A stretch of DNA of 40,129 nucleotides from Thermoanaerobaculia bacterium. Its GTDB lineage: Bacteria > Acidobacteriota > Thermoanaerobaculia > UBA5066. Below are positions 1 through 8,458 of the stretch, piece after piece. Under the pieces are notes generated by a model, which searched no databases, had not been told where the DNA came from, and saw only the letters and a list, made by a program, of their open reading frames with translations. The stretch spans positions 1 to 40,129 of the forward strand of contig JAKLJB010000081.1 in NCBI GenBank assembly GCA_023151375.1, written 5' to 3'. Made by a program: the position numbers and the translations under genes. How positions within the stretch are numbered: the first letter of the stretch is position 1; every line of letters begins with the position of its first letter.

Positions 1-1
1 G

Positions 2-892
2 ACACTGAGAGCGGAGGCCGCCGCGCATGCCGCGCGGCTGAAGGAGCAAGGGATCACCCCTTCTCTCGTCGTCGTCCTCGCTGGCGACAACCCTGCCAGC
101 GCCGTCTACGTGAGAAACAAGGCGACAGCGGCCGGCGAGGCCGGAATCGCGGCGCGGACGCTGCGCTTCGATGCATCGCTTTCGGAAACAGAGCTCCTCG
201 GCACGATCCACGAGCTCAACGCCGACGACACGGTCGACGCCATCCTCGTCCAGCTCCCCTTGCCGGCGCACATCTCGACACAGCGAGTCCTGGAGGCGGT
301 GGTGCCGGCCAAGGACGTCGACGGCTTCCATCCCCTCAATGCCGGGAAGCTCCTGCAGGGCCAGCGCGGGCCCGTTCCCTGCACGCCCGCGGGAATCATG
401 GATCTCCTGCGACTCGAGGGAATCGACCCGAAAGGCATGAGGGCGACGGTGATCGGACGCAGCGACATCGTCGGAAAGCCCATGGCTCTCCTCTTGATGC
501 ACGCTCACGCCACCGTCACGATCGCGCACTCGCGCACTCGCGACCTCGCTGGCGTTTGCCGCGAGGCCGACCTCCTCGTCGCGGCTCTGGGAAAGCCGGG
601 TCTCGTGACGGCGGACTTCGTCAAGCCCGGTGCCATCGTCATCGACGTGGGCATCAACCGCGTGGACTCTCGGGCGGAGGTGGAGCGGCTCTTCGGGCAC
701 GACGAGAAGCGGCTCACGGAGTTCGACCGGAAGGGCTCGGTCCTAGCCGGCGATTGCGAGTGGGCCTCGGTCGTCTCGGTCGCCTCCGCCGTCACTCCCG
801 TTCCCGGTGGTGTGGGACCCCTCACCATCGCCCGGCTCCTGAAGAACACCGTCGAGCTCGCAGAGAGCCGGCGGCTGAGTATCCTCTCTTGA
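2..892 (+). CDS. folD: Bifunctional 5,10-methylene-THF dehydrogenase / methenyl-THF cyclohydrolase FolD (5' end outside window)
   Basis: The frame is open from nt 2 (TLRAEAAAHAARLKEQGITPSLVVVLAGDNPASAVYVRNK...). Conserved FolD blocks DAILVQLPLP, DVDGFHPLNAGKL, VIGRSDIVGKPMALLL and VGINRV are present. TGA at 890-892. Confidence 0.9.
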   Translation, partial: TLRAEAAAHAARLKEQGITPSLVVVLAGDNPASAVYVRNKATAAGEAGIAARTLRFDASLSETELLGTIHELNADDTVDAILVQLPLPAHISTQRVLEAVVPAKDVDGFHPLNAGKLLQGQRGPVPCTPAGIMDLLRLEGIDPKGMRATVIGRSDIVGKPMALLLMHAHATVTIAHSRTRDLAGVCREADLLVAALGKPGLVTADFVKPGAIVIDVGINRVDSRAEVERLFGHDEKRLTEFDRKGSVLAGDCEWASVVSVASAVTPVPGGVGPLTIARLLKNTVELAESRRLSILS

Positions 893-1515
893 TTCTCAGA
901 GCCGGCCTGACGGGAGGCATGGCTTGCGGCAAGTCCACCGTGGCCCGCACGCTGGCCGAATGCGGGATTCCCGTTCTCGACGCGGACCGGATCGTCCATG
1001 CCCTCTACGAACCCGGGGAGGAGGGGGCAGCCGCTGTCGCAGCCGCATTCGGACCGGCGATGCTGGCGAGCTCGGGTGCGGTCGACAGGAAGGCGCTCGC
1101 GGCGGCGGTGTTCGGCGACGCCGAGAAGGTGAGAAGGCTCAATGTCCTCGTCCACCCTCTCGTTCACAAGAGACAGGCGTCCTGGTTTGCCGAGCTCGAA
1201 CGGGAAGGACACGCGCTCGGTGTCGTCGAGGCGACTCTCCTTTTCGAGAGCGGCGGCCGGTCACGGTTCGACATCATCGTCACCGTTTCGGCGCCACAAG
1301 CCGTTCGAATCGAGCGAGCCCTCGCGCGAACGTCTGGGATCACGGCGGAAGAGGTCCGGTCCCGGATCAACGCCCAGTGGCCCGACAGCAAGCGAGAGGA
1401 GCTGGCCGACATCGTGATCCGAAACGAGGGCACCCTGCCCGAGCTGATCGAAGCCAGTCGCGCCCTCGCCGCGGCGCTCTTGAAGAGGGCGGCCTCCCGG
1501 CTTCAGCGGACCTGA
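889..1515 (+). CDS. coaE: Dephospho-CoA kinase
   Basis: P-loop GLTGGMACGKST and CoaE-like body. The proposed TTG start at 889 overlaps the folD TGA (TTGA). ATG at 919 is an alternative start but would remove the GLTGG start of the P-loop. Confidence 0.8.
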   Translation: MILRAGLTGGMACGKSTVARTLAECGIPVLDADRIVHALYEPGEEGAAAVAAAFGPAMLASSGAVDRKALAAAVFGDAEKVRRLNVLVHPLVHKRQASWFAELEREGHALGVVEATLLFESGGRSRFDIIVTVSAPQAVRIERALARTSGITAEEVRSRINAQWPDSKREELADIVIRNEGTLPELIEASRALAAALLKRAASRLQRT

Positions 1516-2081
1516 TCGAGGAGAGACCGGAGCTTGGAGAAAGCCTGGCTCCGGTGCGAGATCGCGTTCTTCTCGGCGGGTTCCATCTCGGCGAACGTCC
1601 GCGACTCCCCTTCCAGCACGAAGAGAACGTCCCAGCCGAAACCGCCCGAACCGCGCGGGAAAGAAGCGATCGTTCCCGCGACTTCCCCGCGCACGCAAGA
1701 AACGTCGGGGAGAGTGAATCCCGGCCGGGCCAGGGCGAGGACGGACACCGCCGTCGCCGAGCGATCCGGGAATGAGTCGAGCATCCGGGCAAACCCGGCC
1801 TCTCCGGCGGCCGCCACGGCCCACTTCGTGAAGGGCCCGGGGTACCCGTTCCACGCGGCAACGGAGAGACCCGAATCCTCGACGAGGACCCAGCCATTGA
1901 CGACCGCGGCGGCGGCGAGTGCCTTGGCTGCCGCGACGGCGGAAAAATCCGCGGACTGGATCTCGGGAAGATCGAGCCCGAGGGAACGGAGAGACCGTCC
2001 GGCGAGCGCCTCGGCCTCCCTTCTCTTTCCTTCGTTGCCGGTCACCAGGGTGATGACTTCATCCTGGCGGGGCAGATTCAA
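1503..2081 (-). CDS. rdgB: Non-canonical purine NTP pyrophosphatase (RdgB/HAM1, ITPase)
   Basis: ITLVTGNEGKRREAE and GSGGFGWDVLFV motifs. TTG start at 2081 overlaps the TGA of the upstream cyclase gene (TTGA). Confidence 0.8.
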   Translation of the reverse strand: MNLPRQDEVITLVTGNEGKRREAEALAGRSLRSLGLDLPEIQSADFSAVAAAKALAAAAVVNGWVLVEDSGLSVAAWNGYPGPFTKWAVAAAGEAGFARMLDSFPDRSATAVSVLALARPGFTLPDVSCVRGEVAGTIASFPRGSGGFGWDVLFVLEGESRTFAEMEPAEKNAISHRSQAFSKLRSLLDQVR

Positions 2082-3724
2082 TACGACGCTCCGGGGGGAG
2101 GCAGGGGCAGTCCCCTGCCGTCGAGCCGGACCCGATAGGCCCTGAAGCCTCGCGTCAGGCCTTTGAGCTTCATCTCGCCGAGCGGCTCGAACGAGAAGTC
2201 ATTGGCGGCCTGCTCGGCTGTCTCGTACCCGACGACGATCTCGTTCGGGCCGGCCACGTGTTCCTCGAGGCGGGCTGCGATGTTGACCGTGTTCCCAAGG
2301 ACGGTGTAGTCGACGCGCTTGTCCGACCCGACGTCGCCGACGAACACGTTGCCGGTGTTGATGCCGATGCGGATTCCCACTGTCGGCTCCCCGCGCGAGG
2401 CGCGCTCGGCATTCCAGGCCTTGACGTTCTCCACGAGCCGCGCGGCCGCGGCGACGGAGCGGCGGGCGTGATCCGGCTGATAGATGGGCGCGCCGAAGAA
2501 CGCCATCACCGCGTCGCCGATGAACTTGTCGAGGGTGCCGCCCTGGGCGAAGATCGCGTCCGCCGCGAAAGTGAAGACCGTGGTGAGGAACTTCGCGAGT
2601 TCTTCCGGCTCCATCGATTCGGCCGCGGTCGTGAACCCGACGATGTCGGCGAAGAGGACCGAGACGGGCCGGATCCGGATCTTCTCGACGTTGGCCACGT
2701 CGGCTTCCGAGACGATCTCCTCGACCACGGCGGGTGAGTGGTAGCGCGACAGCCGCTCCCGGATCTTCTCCTCGTTTTCGATGCGCTTCTGGAGCCGGGC
2801 GCGCTCGATGGCGACGGCGGCGAAGTTCCCGAGCGCCGTCAGAAGATCGAGGTCGTCCGCGGTGAAGGTTCCGGCGCGCAGGGGCGTGTCGACGTGGAGG
2901 GCCCCGATGATGCGTTCCTGATTCCAGAGCGGGACGCACATTGCGGACCGGATCTGCTGGATACGGATCGACTGCCCGGCCTCGAAGCGTCCATCGGCCA
3001 GAGCGTCGGACGTCAGGACCGCTATCCGATCGCGGACGACGGTGTCGACGATCGTGTGCGAGAAGATCTCGGTCGCCTCCACGCGATCCTTCCCCCGCTG
3101 CCGGGCCAGCATTGGAACGGGACGGTCGTTTCGGTCCAGAAGGACGACGACGGACCGATCGACGGGCAGGTACTCGAACAGGAGGTCCATGACCTTCTCG
3201 AGGATCTCGTTGACCTCGCGCGCCACGATCAGTGTCTTGGCGACCTGGACCAGGATTTCGAAGATCTTGCCCCTGGCCACGGGCGAAGTGAACCGCCGCC
3301 CGGAGACTGTGAGGCTCGCGTCCGCCTCGAGCGGTCCGACCTGCTCGAGGCCGAAGTCCCGGTTGAAGTCCGCGATCGACCGCACGAAGGTGGCCGACGA
3401 CTCACTTTGGACCTTCGACGAGGCCACGGGCCCGACCTGGACTTCTTCCTTCACCGTCAGGGTGAAGGTGCCAACGGTCACCACGTCTCCCTCGGTCAGG
3501 AGCGCCTGAGTCACGAAGCGGCCATTGAGCTTGATTCCGTTGGTCGAGTTCTGGTCGTAGATGATCCAGCGTTCCTTCTCGCGCCGCAGCACCGCATGCC
3601 GGCGTGAAACCGAGAAGTCGTTGAGGACGACTTCGTTATCACTGGATCTGCCGAGCGAGATCTCGGTGCCCGCAAGCCGGTACCGACGGGTTTGCCCCTC
3701 AACCTCGTAGACGAGTTCGAGCAT
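2078..3724 (-). CDS. FHA - GAF - class III adenylate/guanylate cyclase multidomain signalling protein
   Basis: N-terminal FHA block (GRSSDNEVVLNDFSVSRRHAVL...STNGIKLNG). Central GAF-like region. C-terminal CYTH/class III cyclase motifs (VTVLFADIVGFT, FIGDAVMAFFGAP, RIGINTG, VLGNTVNIAARLE). TATAAT-like -10 and GGAG lie just upstream on the minus strand. Confidence 0.8.
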   Translation of the reverse strand: MLELVYEVEGQTRRYRLAGTEISLGRSSDNEVVLNDFSVSRRHAVLRREKERWIIYDQNSTNGIKLNGRFVTQALLTEGDVVTVGTFTLTVKEEVQVGPVASSKVQSESSATFVRSIADFNRDFGLEQVGPLEADASLTVSGRRFTSPVARGKIFEILVQVAKTLIVAREVNEILEKVMDLLFEYLPVDRSVVVLLDRNDRPVPMLARQRGKDRVEATEIFSHTIVDTVVRDRIAVLTSDALADGRFEAGQSIRIQQIRSAMCVPLWNQERIIGALHVDTPLRAGTFTADDLDLLTALGNFAAVAIERARLQKRIENEEKIRERLSRYHSPAVVEEIVSEADVANVEKIRIRPVSVLFADIVGFTTAAESMEPEELAKFLTTVFTFAADAIFAQGGTLDKFIGDAVMAFFGAPIYQPDHARRSVAAAARLVENVKAWNAERASRGEPTVGIRIGINTGNVFVGDVGSDKRVDYTVLGNTVNIAARLEEHVAGPNEIVVGYETAEQAANDFSFEPLGEMKLKGLTRGFRAYRVRLDGRGLPLPPPGASY

Positions 3725-3775
3725 TCGAGCTCCGATTATAGGGTTCCGGCGGGCCAGACCCGGAAACTCCTGTTC

Positions 3776-4744
3776 CTAACCTCCGAGAGAAAACCTGACG
3801 GTCGTCGTGAGATAGACGTCGACAGGGACCCCTTCGACCCGGGCCGGCTCGTACTCGTACTCCTTCACCGCTTCCGCCGCGACTTGTCCGAGCCCCATCG
3901 GGAGGTCACGCAGAATCTGGACGGACCCGACGGTCCCGTCCCGCTTGACCAGAATCCGCAAGATCACGATCCCCTGCACGCCGGCGCGGCGTGCCCCGTC
4001 CGGGTAGCGGGGCTTCACCTCCTTCTTCAGGATGGGCCGTTCCGACCCCTCGGGGAGGCTCTCGTAGGGGCCGCTCGACACGGCCGGCCGATCGGGGGGC
4101 TCGAGCTCGCGTGCGGGAGGGATGGTGACCTCTCGGGCGGCGGGGCGGGGTGCGGGCTTTTCCGGCTCTTCCTCGGGAGGGTTCTCGGGCTCCGGAGTGG
4201 GAGTCGGCTCGGGCGGGACGAGCTGGACCGAGCGGCTCGCCACGAATCCGAGCGGCAGTCCGGGCAGCCTCAGTCCCAAGAAGTCTCCTCGCGTCGTGAG
4301 CACCTCGACCGGGGTGGCGGTCGGGATCTCGCCCCACTGGGCGGCCCCGTAGTCGGGTGCGAGGAACACGAGGGTCCGCTCGACTGTCAGACCCGGCTGG
4401 GGCGCAAAACCCTGGACTTCGCGGGTTCGCTCTTGCCGCTCGACGAGTTCAGAGGACCGTTCGAAAGTGCCCTGGGGAATCCAGGCCCGACGTCCGTCGG
4501 ACAACAGAACCGACACGAATCCATTCCTCGCCGCGCCGGCCTTGATCTGGGTTCCGCGCTTGAGCGTCGCGACGAGGGCCGAGGCCGCCGTGGCCTCCTG
4601 CCGGGCAAACGCCGGGTCGACGGAGATCGTCCCGGTGCTTTCGTCCGCCTGCGACTTCTTCGCGGCGCCCTTGCCGCAGGCCGACAGGGCAGAGATGAGA
4701 GATGCCGTCAGGACCGCCCGGGCGATCGCCCCCCGCCCCCGCAT
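3776..4744 (-). CDS. TonB C-terminal-domain lipoprotein (energy transducer TonB family)
   Basis: Lipobox LISALSAC-GKG. Pro/Glu-rich linker (PPEPTPTPEPENPPEEEPEKPAP). C-terminal TonB_C fold (PRYPDGARRAGVQGIVILRILVKRDGTVGSVQILR...AVKEYEYEP). The ATG sits 2 nt after the arcA stop. Confidence 0.7.
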   Translation of the reverse strand: MRGRGAIARAVLTASLISALSACGKGAAKKSQADESTGTISVDPAFARQEATAASALVATLKRGTQIKAGAARNGFVSVLLSDGRRAWIPQGTFERSSELVERQERTREVQGFAPQPGLTVERTLVFLAPDYGAAQWGEIPTATPVEVLTTRGDFLGLRLPGLPLGFVASRSVQLVPPEPTPTPEPENPPEEEPEKPAPRPAAREVTIPPARELEPPDRPAVSSGPYESLPEGSERPILKKEVKPRYPDGARRAGVQGIVILRILVKRDGTVGSVQILRDLPMGLGQVAAEAVKEYEYEPARVEGVPVDVYLTTTVRFSLGG

Positions 4745-4746
4745 GT

Positions 4747-6036
4747 TCAGGAGAGCGGGGCCCGCACGAGGGGCATCGTCATGCAGCGGGGCCCGCCGCG
4801 AGCCCGAGACAGCTCCGTCGACGTCAGGAGGATCGCGTACTTCTTCGACGGCTTCCAGAGCTCGAGCTCCCGCCGTCCGAGCAGCAGCTCGTCATCGGTG
4901 ATGACCTGGTACCCATGCCGCGTCAGCTCGTCGCACGTGCGCGTGTTTCGGTCGTAGAGCAGGATGACCCCGGGCGCCAGCGCAAACGCGTTCGCTCCGT
5001 CGGTCCATTGTTCCCGCTGCTGGTCGATCGGGTCTTTACCGCCGCACAGGAGGGGTTCGAGGTCGATCTTCCGGTGGCGAAGGGCCGTCAACAGATCCGC
5101 CTCGGTCGTCCATGTGATCTCTCTTTTCGTCAGATCCGCGACATAGACGTCCGCCTCCTCGGCTCCTCCCGCCAGGATCATCGGGGCATAGCAGAGGCAC
5201 TCGTGGTGGTTGATCTGGGTGAAGACCGTGTCGAGGTGCATGTACGACCGGGCTGGGGGAATCGCCACGACGAGGATCCTTTTGACGTGGGATTTGCCCT
5301 TCCGCAGCGCCTCGGCCAGGCGTTCGATGGTGATCTTCTCGGTCCTTTCCGAGTAGCCGATGACCAGGAGGTCTTCCCGCAGGACCAAGACGTCGCCGCC
5401 CTCGATCGTCGGACGCATCCGCGCGAAAGAGACCGGCCGGGAGAACTCGGTGGAGAACTCCTGGAACCAGAAGGGGTCGCCATCGAACGAGAAGCGTGAG
5501 TTGTGCGCGAAGGCCGCCCCGGAGATCAGGGGCTCGCGGGACCGGGCGGGCGTGGCCATCGAGGCCCGGATCAACCGGTCTCCCACCGCTATGGCGGGAT
5601 CCCTTTGGAAGAAGTAGTTGGGGATCGGGGGCAGGGCGAAGAGCGAGTCGAGCGTTCCCGAGATCTCGGGCGACTCCCTCTCGACTCCCTCGATGAGGGC
5701 GGCCGCGAGCTTCTCTGCCGGCATCTCGAGAAGGACCGGCAGGAGCTCCGCCGAGAGATGGAGCTCGGAAACGAGGCTCTCGAGCACCATCTGCTTCCGG
5801 TCGTCGTCCAGCAGGACCTCTTCGAGAAGATCCTGAATTTCAAGGACTTCCTGGGCGACGAACCGGAGGAGCTGCTGGAAGCGGCGGTGTTCCTCGCGGG
5901 CCCTGGCCCCGAACAGGATGTCGTCGAACAGGAGGTTCTGCATCATGGCCGGAACCATCCGGTCGATCTCTTTGCCCGGCTGGTGGATGACGACAGTCTC
6001 GAGCTTTCCGATTTCGGAATGGATCTGGAGTCTCAT
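4747..6036 (-). CDS. arcA: Arginine deiminase
   Basis: MRLQIHSEIGKLETVVIHQPGKEI N-terminus, HLDTVF, and C-terminal catalytic Cys in GGPRCMTMPLVR. The track ORF (to 6408) carries a 124-aa spurious N-terminal extension. ATG at 6036 chosen by homology. Confidence 0.85.
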   Translation of the reverse strand: MRLQIHSEIGKLETVVIHQPGKEIDRMVPAMMQNLLFDDILFGARAREEHRRFQQLLRFVAQEVLEIQDLLEEVLLDDDRKQMVLESLVSELHLSAELLPVLLEMPAEKLAAALIEGVERESPEISGTLDSLFALPPIPNYFFQRDPAIAVGDRLIRASMATPARSREPLISGAAFAHNSRFSFDGDPFWFQEFSTEFSRPVSFARMRPTIEGGDVLVLREDLLVIGYSERTEKITIERLAEALRKGKSHVKRILVVAIPPARSYMHLDTVFTQINHHECLCYAPMILAGGAEEADVYVADLTKREITWTTEADLLTALRHRKIDLEPLLCGGKDPIDQQREQWTDGANAFALAPGVILLYDRNTRTCDELTRHGYQVITDDELLLGRRELELWKPSKKYAILLTSTELSRARGGPRCMTMPLVRAPLS

Positions 6037-6126
6037 GACGGGGACAAGCTCTCGCGGGACGAGGGATACTAGCAAACACGGGAGCCGCGCCAAGAGCAGA
6101 TGCCAGCGGCACCACCGGAGGATCGG

Positions 6127-6297
6127 ATGGCTGGCGACTACGATTTCATCGTGTGCAAGAACTGCGAGACACCGTGCTACATGTTCGACCTCGACAGGAA
6201 AGGGAACATCCAGTCCGCCTTTTGCACGCTGTGCGGAAACGACGATGTGACCGAGTTCCGGCTCCCGGACGCGGACGAGACCGGAGTCGACGAGTGA
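6127..6297 (+). CDS. Small (56 aa) CxxC...CxxC zinc-ribbon protein, translationally coupled to purB
   Basis: MAGDYDFIVCKNCETPCYMFDLDRKGNIQSAFCTLCGNDD... GGAGGA at 6117-6122 lies 4 nt before the ATG. GC3 is very high in this frame. Its TGA (6295-6297) overlaps the purB GTG (GTGA). Confidence 0.6.
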   Translation: MAGDYDFIVCKNCETPCYMFDLDRKGNIQSAFCTLCGNDDVTEFRLPDADETGVDE

Positions 6298-7757
6298 CCC
6301 CTGGGCCCGCCGATTCTCTCTTTGACCGGTACGAGAATCCGCTGGTCTCGCGGTACGCGTCGCCAGAAATGGTGCGTCTCTTCTCGGCGCGTTCGCGGAT
6401 CGGCACATGGAGAAGGCTCTGGCTTTGGCTGGCCGAGGCCGAGAAGGACCTGGGACTGCCGATTCCAGAGTCCGCCGTAGACGCCCTGAGACGCCACCTC
6501 GTGCCCACGGACGGCGAGATGGCCTCCGCGGCCCGGCACGAACGGCAGACGCTTCACGATGTCATGGCTCACGTCCATGCCCTCGGAGAGGCCGCGCCCG
6601 AGGCCAGGGGGATCATCCACCTCGGAGCGACCTCGTGCTACGTGACCGACAACGGAGATCTCCTCATCATCCGGGAGGCCCTGGAACGGCTCACCGCCAA
6701 GATCGTCAGGGTGATGAATGCCCTGGCCATCTTCGCGCGGCGCCACAAGGCGCTGCCCGCGACGGGCTTCACGCACTTCCAGTCCGCCCAACCCACAACA
6801 GCCGGAAAGAGAGCCTGCCTCTGGCTGCAGGACCTCCTCCTCGACTACCACGAGATCGTTAGGCAGAAGGAGAACATTCCCTTCCTCGGCTGCAAGGGAG
6901 CCACCGGCACGCAAGCCTCCTTCCTCGCTCTTTTCGAGGGCGATGCGGACAAGGTCGTCGAGCTCGACCGGCGGATCGCCGAAAAGGCCGGCTTTTGCCG
7001 CACGCTCACCATTGCCTCGCAGACGTACACCCGAAAGCTCGACACCCTTGTCCTCTCTGCCGTCTCTGGCCTGGCGGGCACGGCGGGGAAATTCGCCAAC
7101 GACGTTCGCCTCCTTCAGCATCTGAAAGAGCTCGAGGAACCGTTCGGCAAGGGGCAGGTCGGCTCCTCGGCGATGCCCTACAAGCGCAATCCGATGAAGT
7201 GCGAGCGAATCAACTCGCTCGCCCGCTGGCTCATCACCGTCTCGGCAAACGGCGCCTGGACGCACGCTCACCAGTGGCTCGAGCGGACGCTCGACGACTC
7301 GGCCAACAGGAGACTCGCCATCGGCGAGACCTTCCTTTCGGCCGACGCCATCCTGGTCCTCATGGAGGCCGTCGTCACGGGCTTCCACATCAACCCCACC
7401 GTCATGGAAAGACGGCTCGCCGCCGAGCTGCCGTTTCTGGCCACCGAGAACATCCTGATGGAAGCGGTGAAGCGAGGGGGCGACCGCCAGGTTCTCCACG
7501 AGAGGATCCGGACGCTTTCGCGCGAGGCCGCCGACAGGCTGAACGAGGGCGAAACCGAGAACGTCCTCATCGACGCAATCGCGCAAGACGAGGGTTTCCA
7601 GCTCTCCCGGTCCGAACTGGACAGTCTCCTGTCGGCCGAGCTCTTCACGGGCCGCGCGGCTGACCAGGTCGAGACATTCCTCGATGAGGAAGTCCTACCG
7701 GTCCTGCGCCGGCACGCCGCCGTTCTCGAGACACCGCCCACCGAGGTCACCGTTTGA
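6294..7757 (+). CDS. purB: Adenylosuccinate lyase (ADSL-type)
   Basis: Collinear with human ADSL from DRYENPLVSRYASPEM through HVMAHVH, IHLGATSCYV, GFTHFQSAQPTT, GSSAMPYKRNP, ERTLDDSANRR and ELPFLATENI. GTG at 6294 chosen because the upstream frame is occupied by a strongly coding small ORF. Confidence 0.9.
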   Translation: MTPGPADSLFDRYENPLVSRYASPEMVRLFSARSRIGTWRRLWLWLAEAEKDLGLPIPESAVDALRRHLVPTDGEMASAARHERQTLHDVMAHVHALGEAAPEARGIIHLGATSCYVTDNGDLLIIREALERLTAKIVRVMNALAIFARRHKALPATGFTHFQSAQPTTAGKRACLWLQDLLLDYHEIVRQKENIPFLGCKGATGTQASFLALFEGDADKVVELDRRIAEKAGFCRTLTIASQTYTRKLDTLVLSAVSGLAGTAGKFANDVRLLQHLKELEEPFGKGQVGSSAMPYKRNPMKCERINSLARWLITVSANGAWTHAHQWLERTLDDSANRRLAIGETFLSADAILVLMEAVVTGFHINPTVMERRLAAELPFLATENILMEAVKRGGDRQVLHERIRTLSREAADRLNEGETENVLIDAIAQDEGFQLSRSELDSLLSAELFTGRAADQVETFLDEEVLPVLRRHAAVLETPPTEVTV

Positions 7758-8404
7758 CACGCCGGCGGGAGCTTTTCGCCTTGGCTCTCGCCGGGGTCTG
7801 TCTCGTGTCGGGATGCTCCTCTGCCCCGAAGACCGGCGGCCTCCCCGCCAGGGAGGGCGCCGTGGAACGCGGCATGGCCTCGTGGTACGGCCAGGAGTTC
7901 GCCGGGCTGCCCACCGCCAGCGGCGAGATCTTCGATCCCGCCCGGGTCTCGGCGGCGCACCGGACCTTGCCGCTCGGGACGCTCGTGGAGGTCACGAACG
8001 AGAAGAACGGTCTGTCGGTCTCCGTGCCGATCAACGATCGCGGCCCCTTCATCGCGGGCCGGATCCTGGATCTCTCCCGCGCCGCGGCCGAGGCTCTCGG
8101 GGCCGTCATCGACGGAGTCGTCCCGGTCTCGATCCGTGTGCTGGCCCTCGGAGACAACTCCAGGCGCCCCTCGGGTCCTCCCGTGAGCGCGTGGGTCGTC
8201 CAGGCCGGCGCCTTCTCGAGCGAAGAGAATGCCGTGAAGGTGCGTGATCTCTTATCCCGAAGCTATCCGAATCCGTATCTTGAGAAGTACCTCGGCCTCC
8301 TGCGGGTCAAGTTCGGGCCCTACGAAAAGCGCCAGGATGCCGAGGAAGCGCGCGAGTCACTCGGAACGCTCGGACTGGCGGGAATCGTTCTCCCCCTCCA
8401 GTGA
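7754..8404 (+). CDS. rlpA: RlpA-family septal lytic transglycosylase lipoprotein with C-terminal SPOR-like domain
   Basis: Lipobox LVSGC. DPBB block GMASWYGQEFAGLPTASGEIFD...AAHRTLPLGTLVEVTN...VPINDRGPF. C-terminal SPOR-like (WVVQAGAFSSEENA...). TTG start overlaps the purB TGA. Confidence 0.8.
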   Translation: MTRRRELFALALAGVCLVSGCSSAPKTGGLPAREGAVERGMASWYGQEFAGLPTASGEIFDPARVSAAHRTLPLGTLVEVTNEKNGLSVSVPINDRGPFIAGRILDLSRAAAEALGAVIDGVVPVSIRVLALGDNSRRPSGPPVSAWVVQAGAFSSEENAVKVRDLLSRSYPNPYLEKYLGLLRVKFGPYEKRQDAEEARESLGTLGLAGIVLPLQ

Positions 8405-8458
8405 GGTTCCAATGGCTCTCGCGAGCCCGCGACAGAAAAGCTCCGAAGGAGTTCGACC

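Noticed and set aside
6037-6408. Upstream 124-aa extension of arcA in the track ORF
   Set aside because: Arginine deiminase homology starts at MRLQIHSEIGKLE (ATG 6036). The extension has no homology and overlaps the divergent zinc-ribbon/purB start region.
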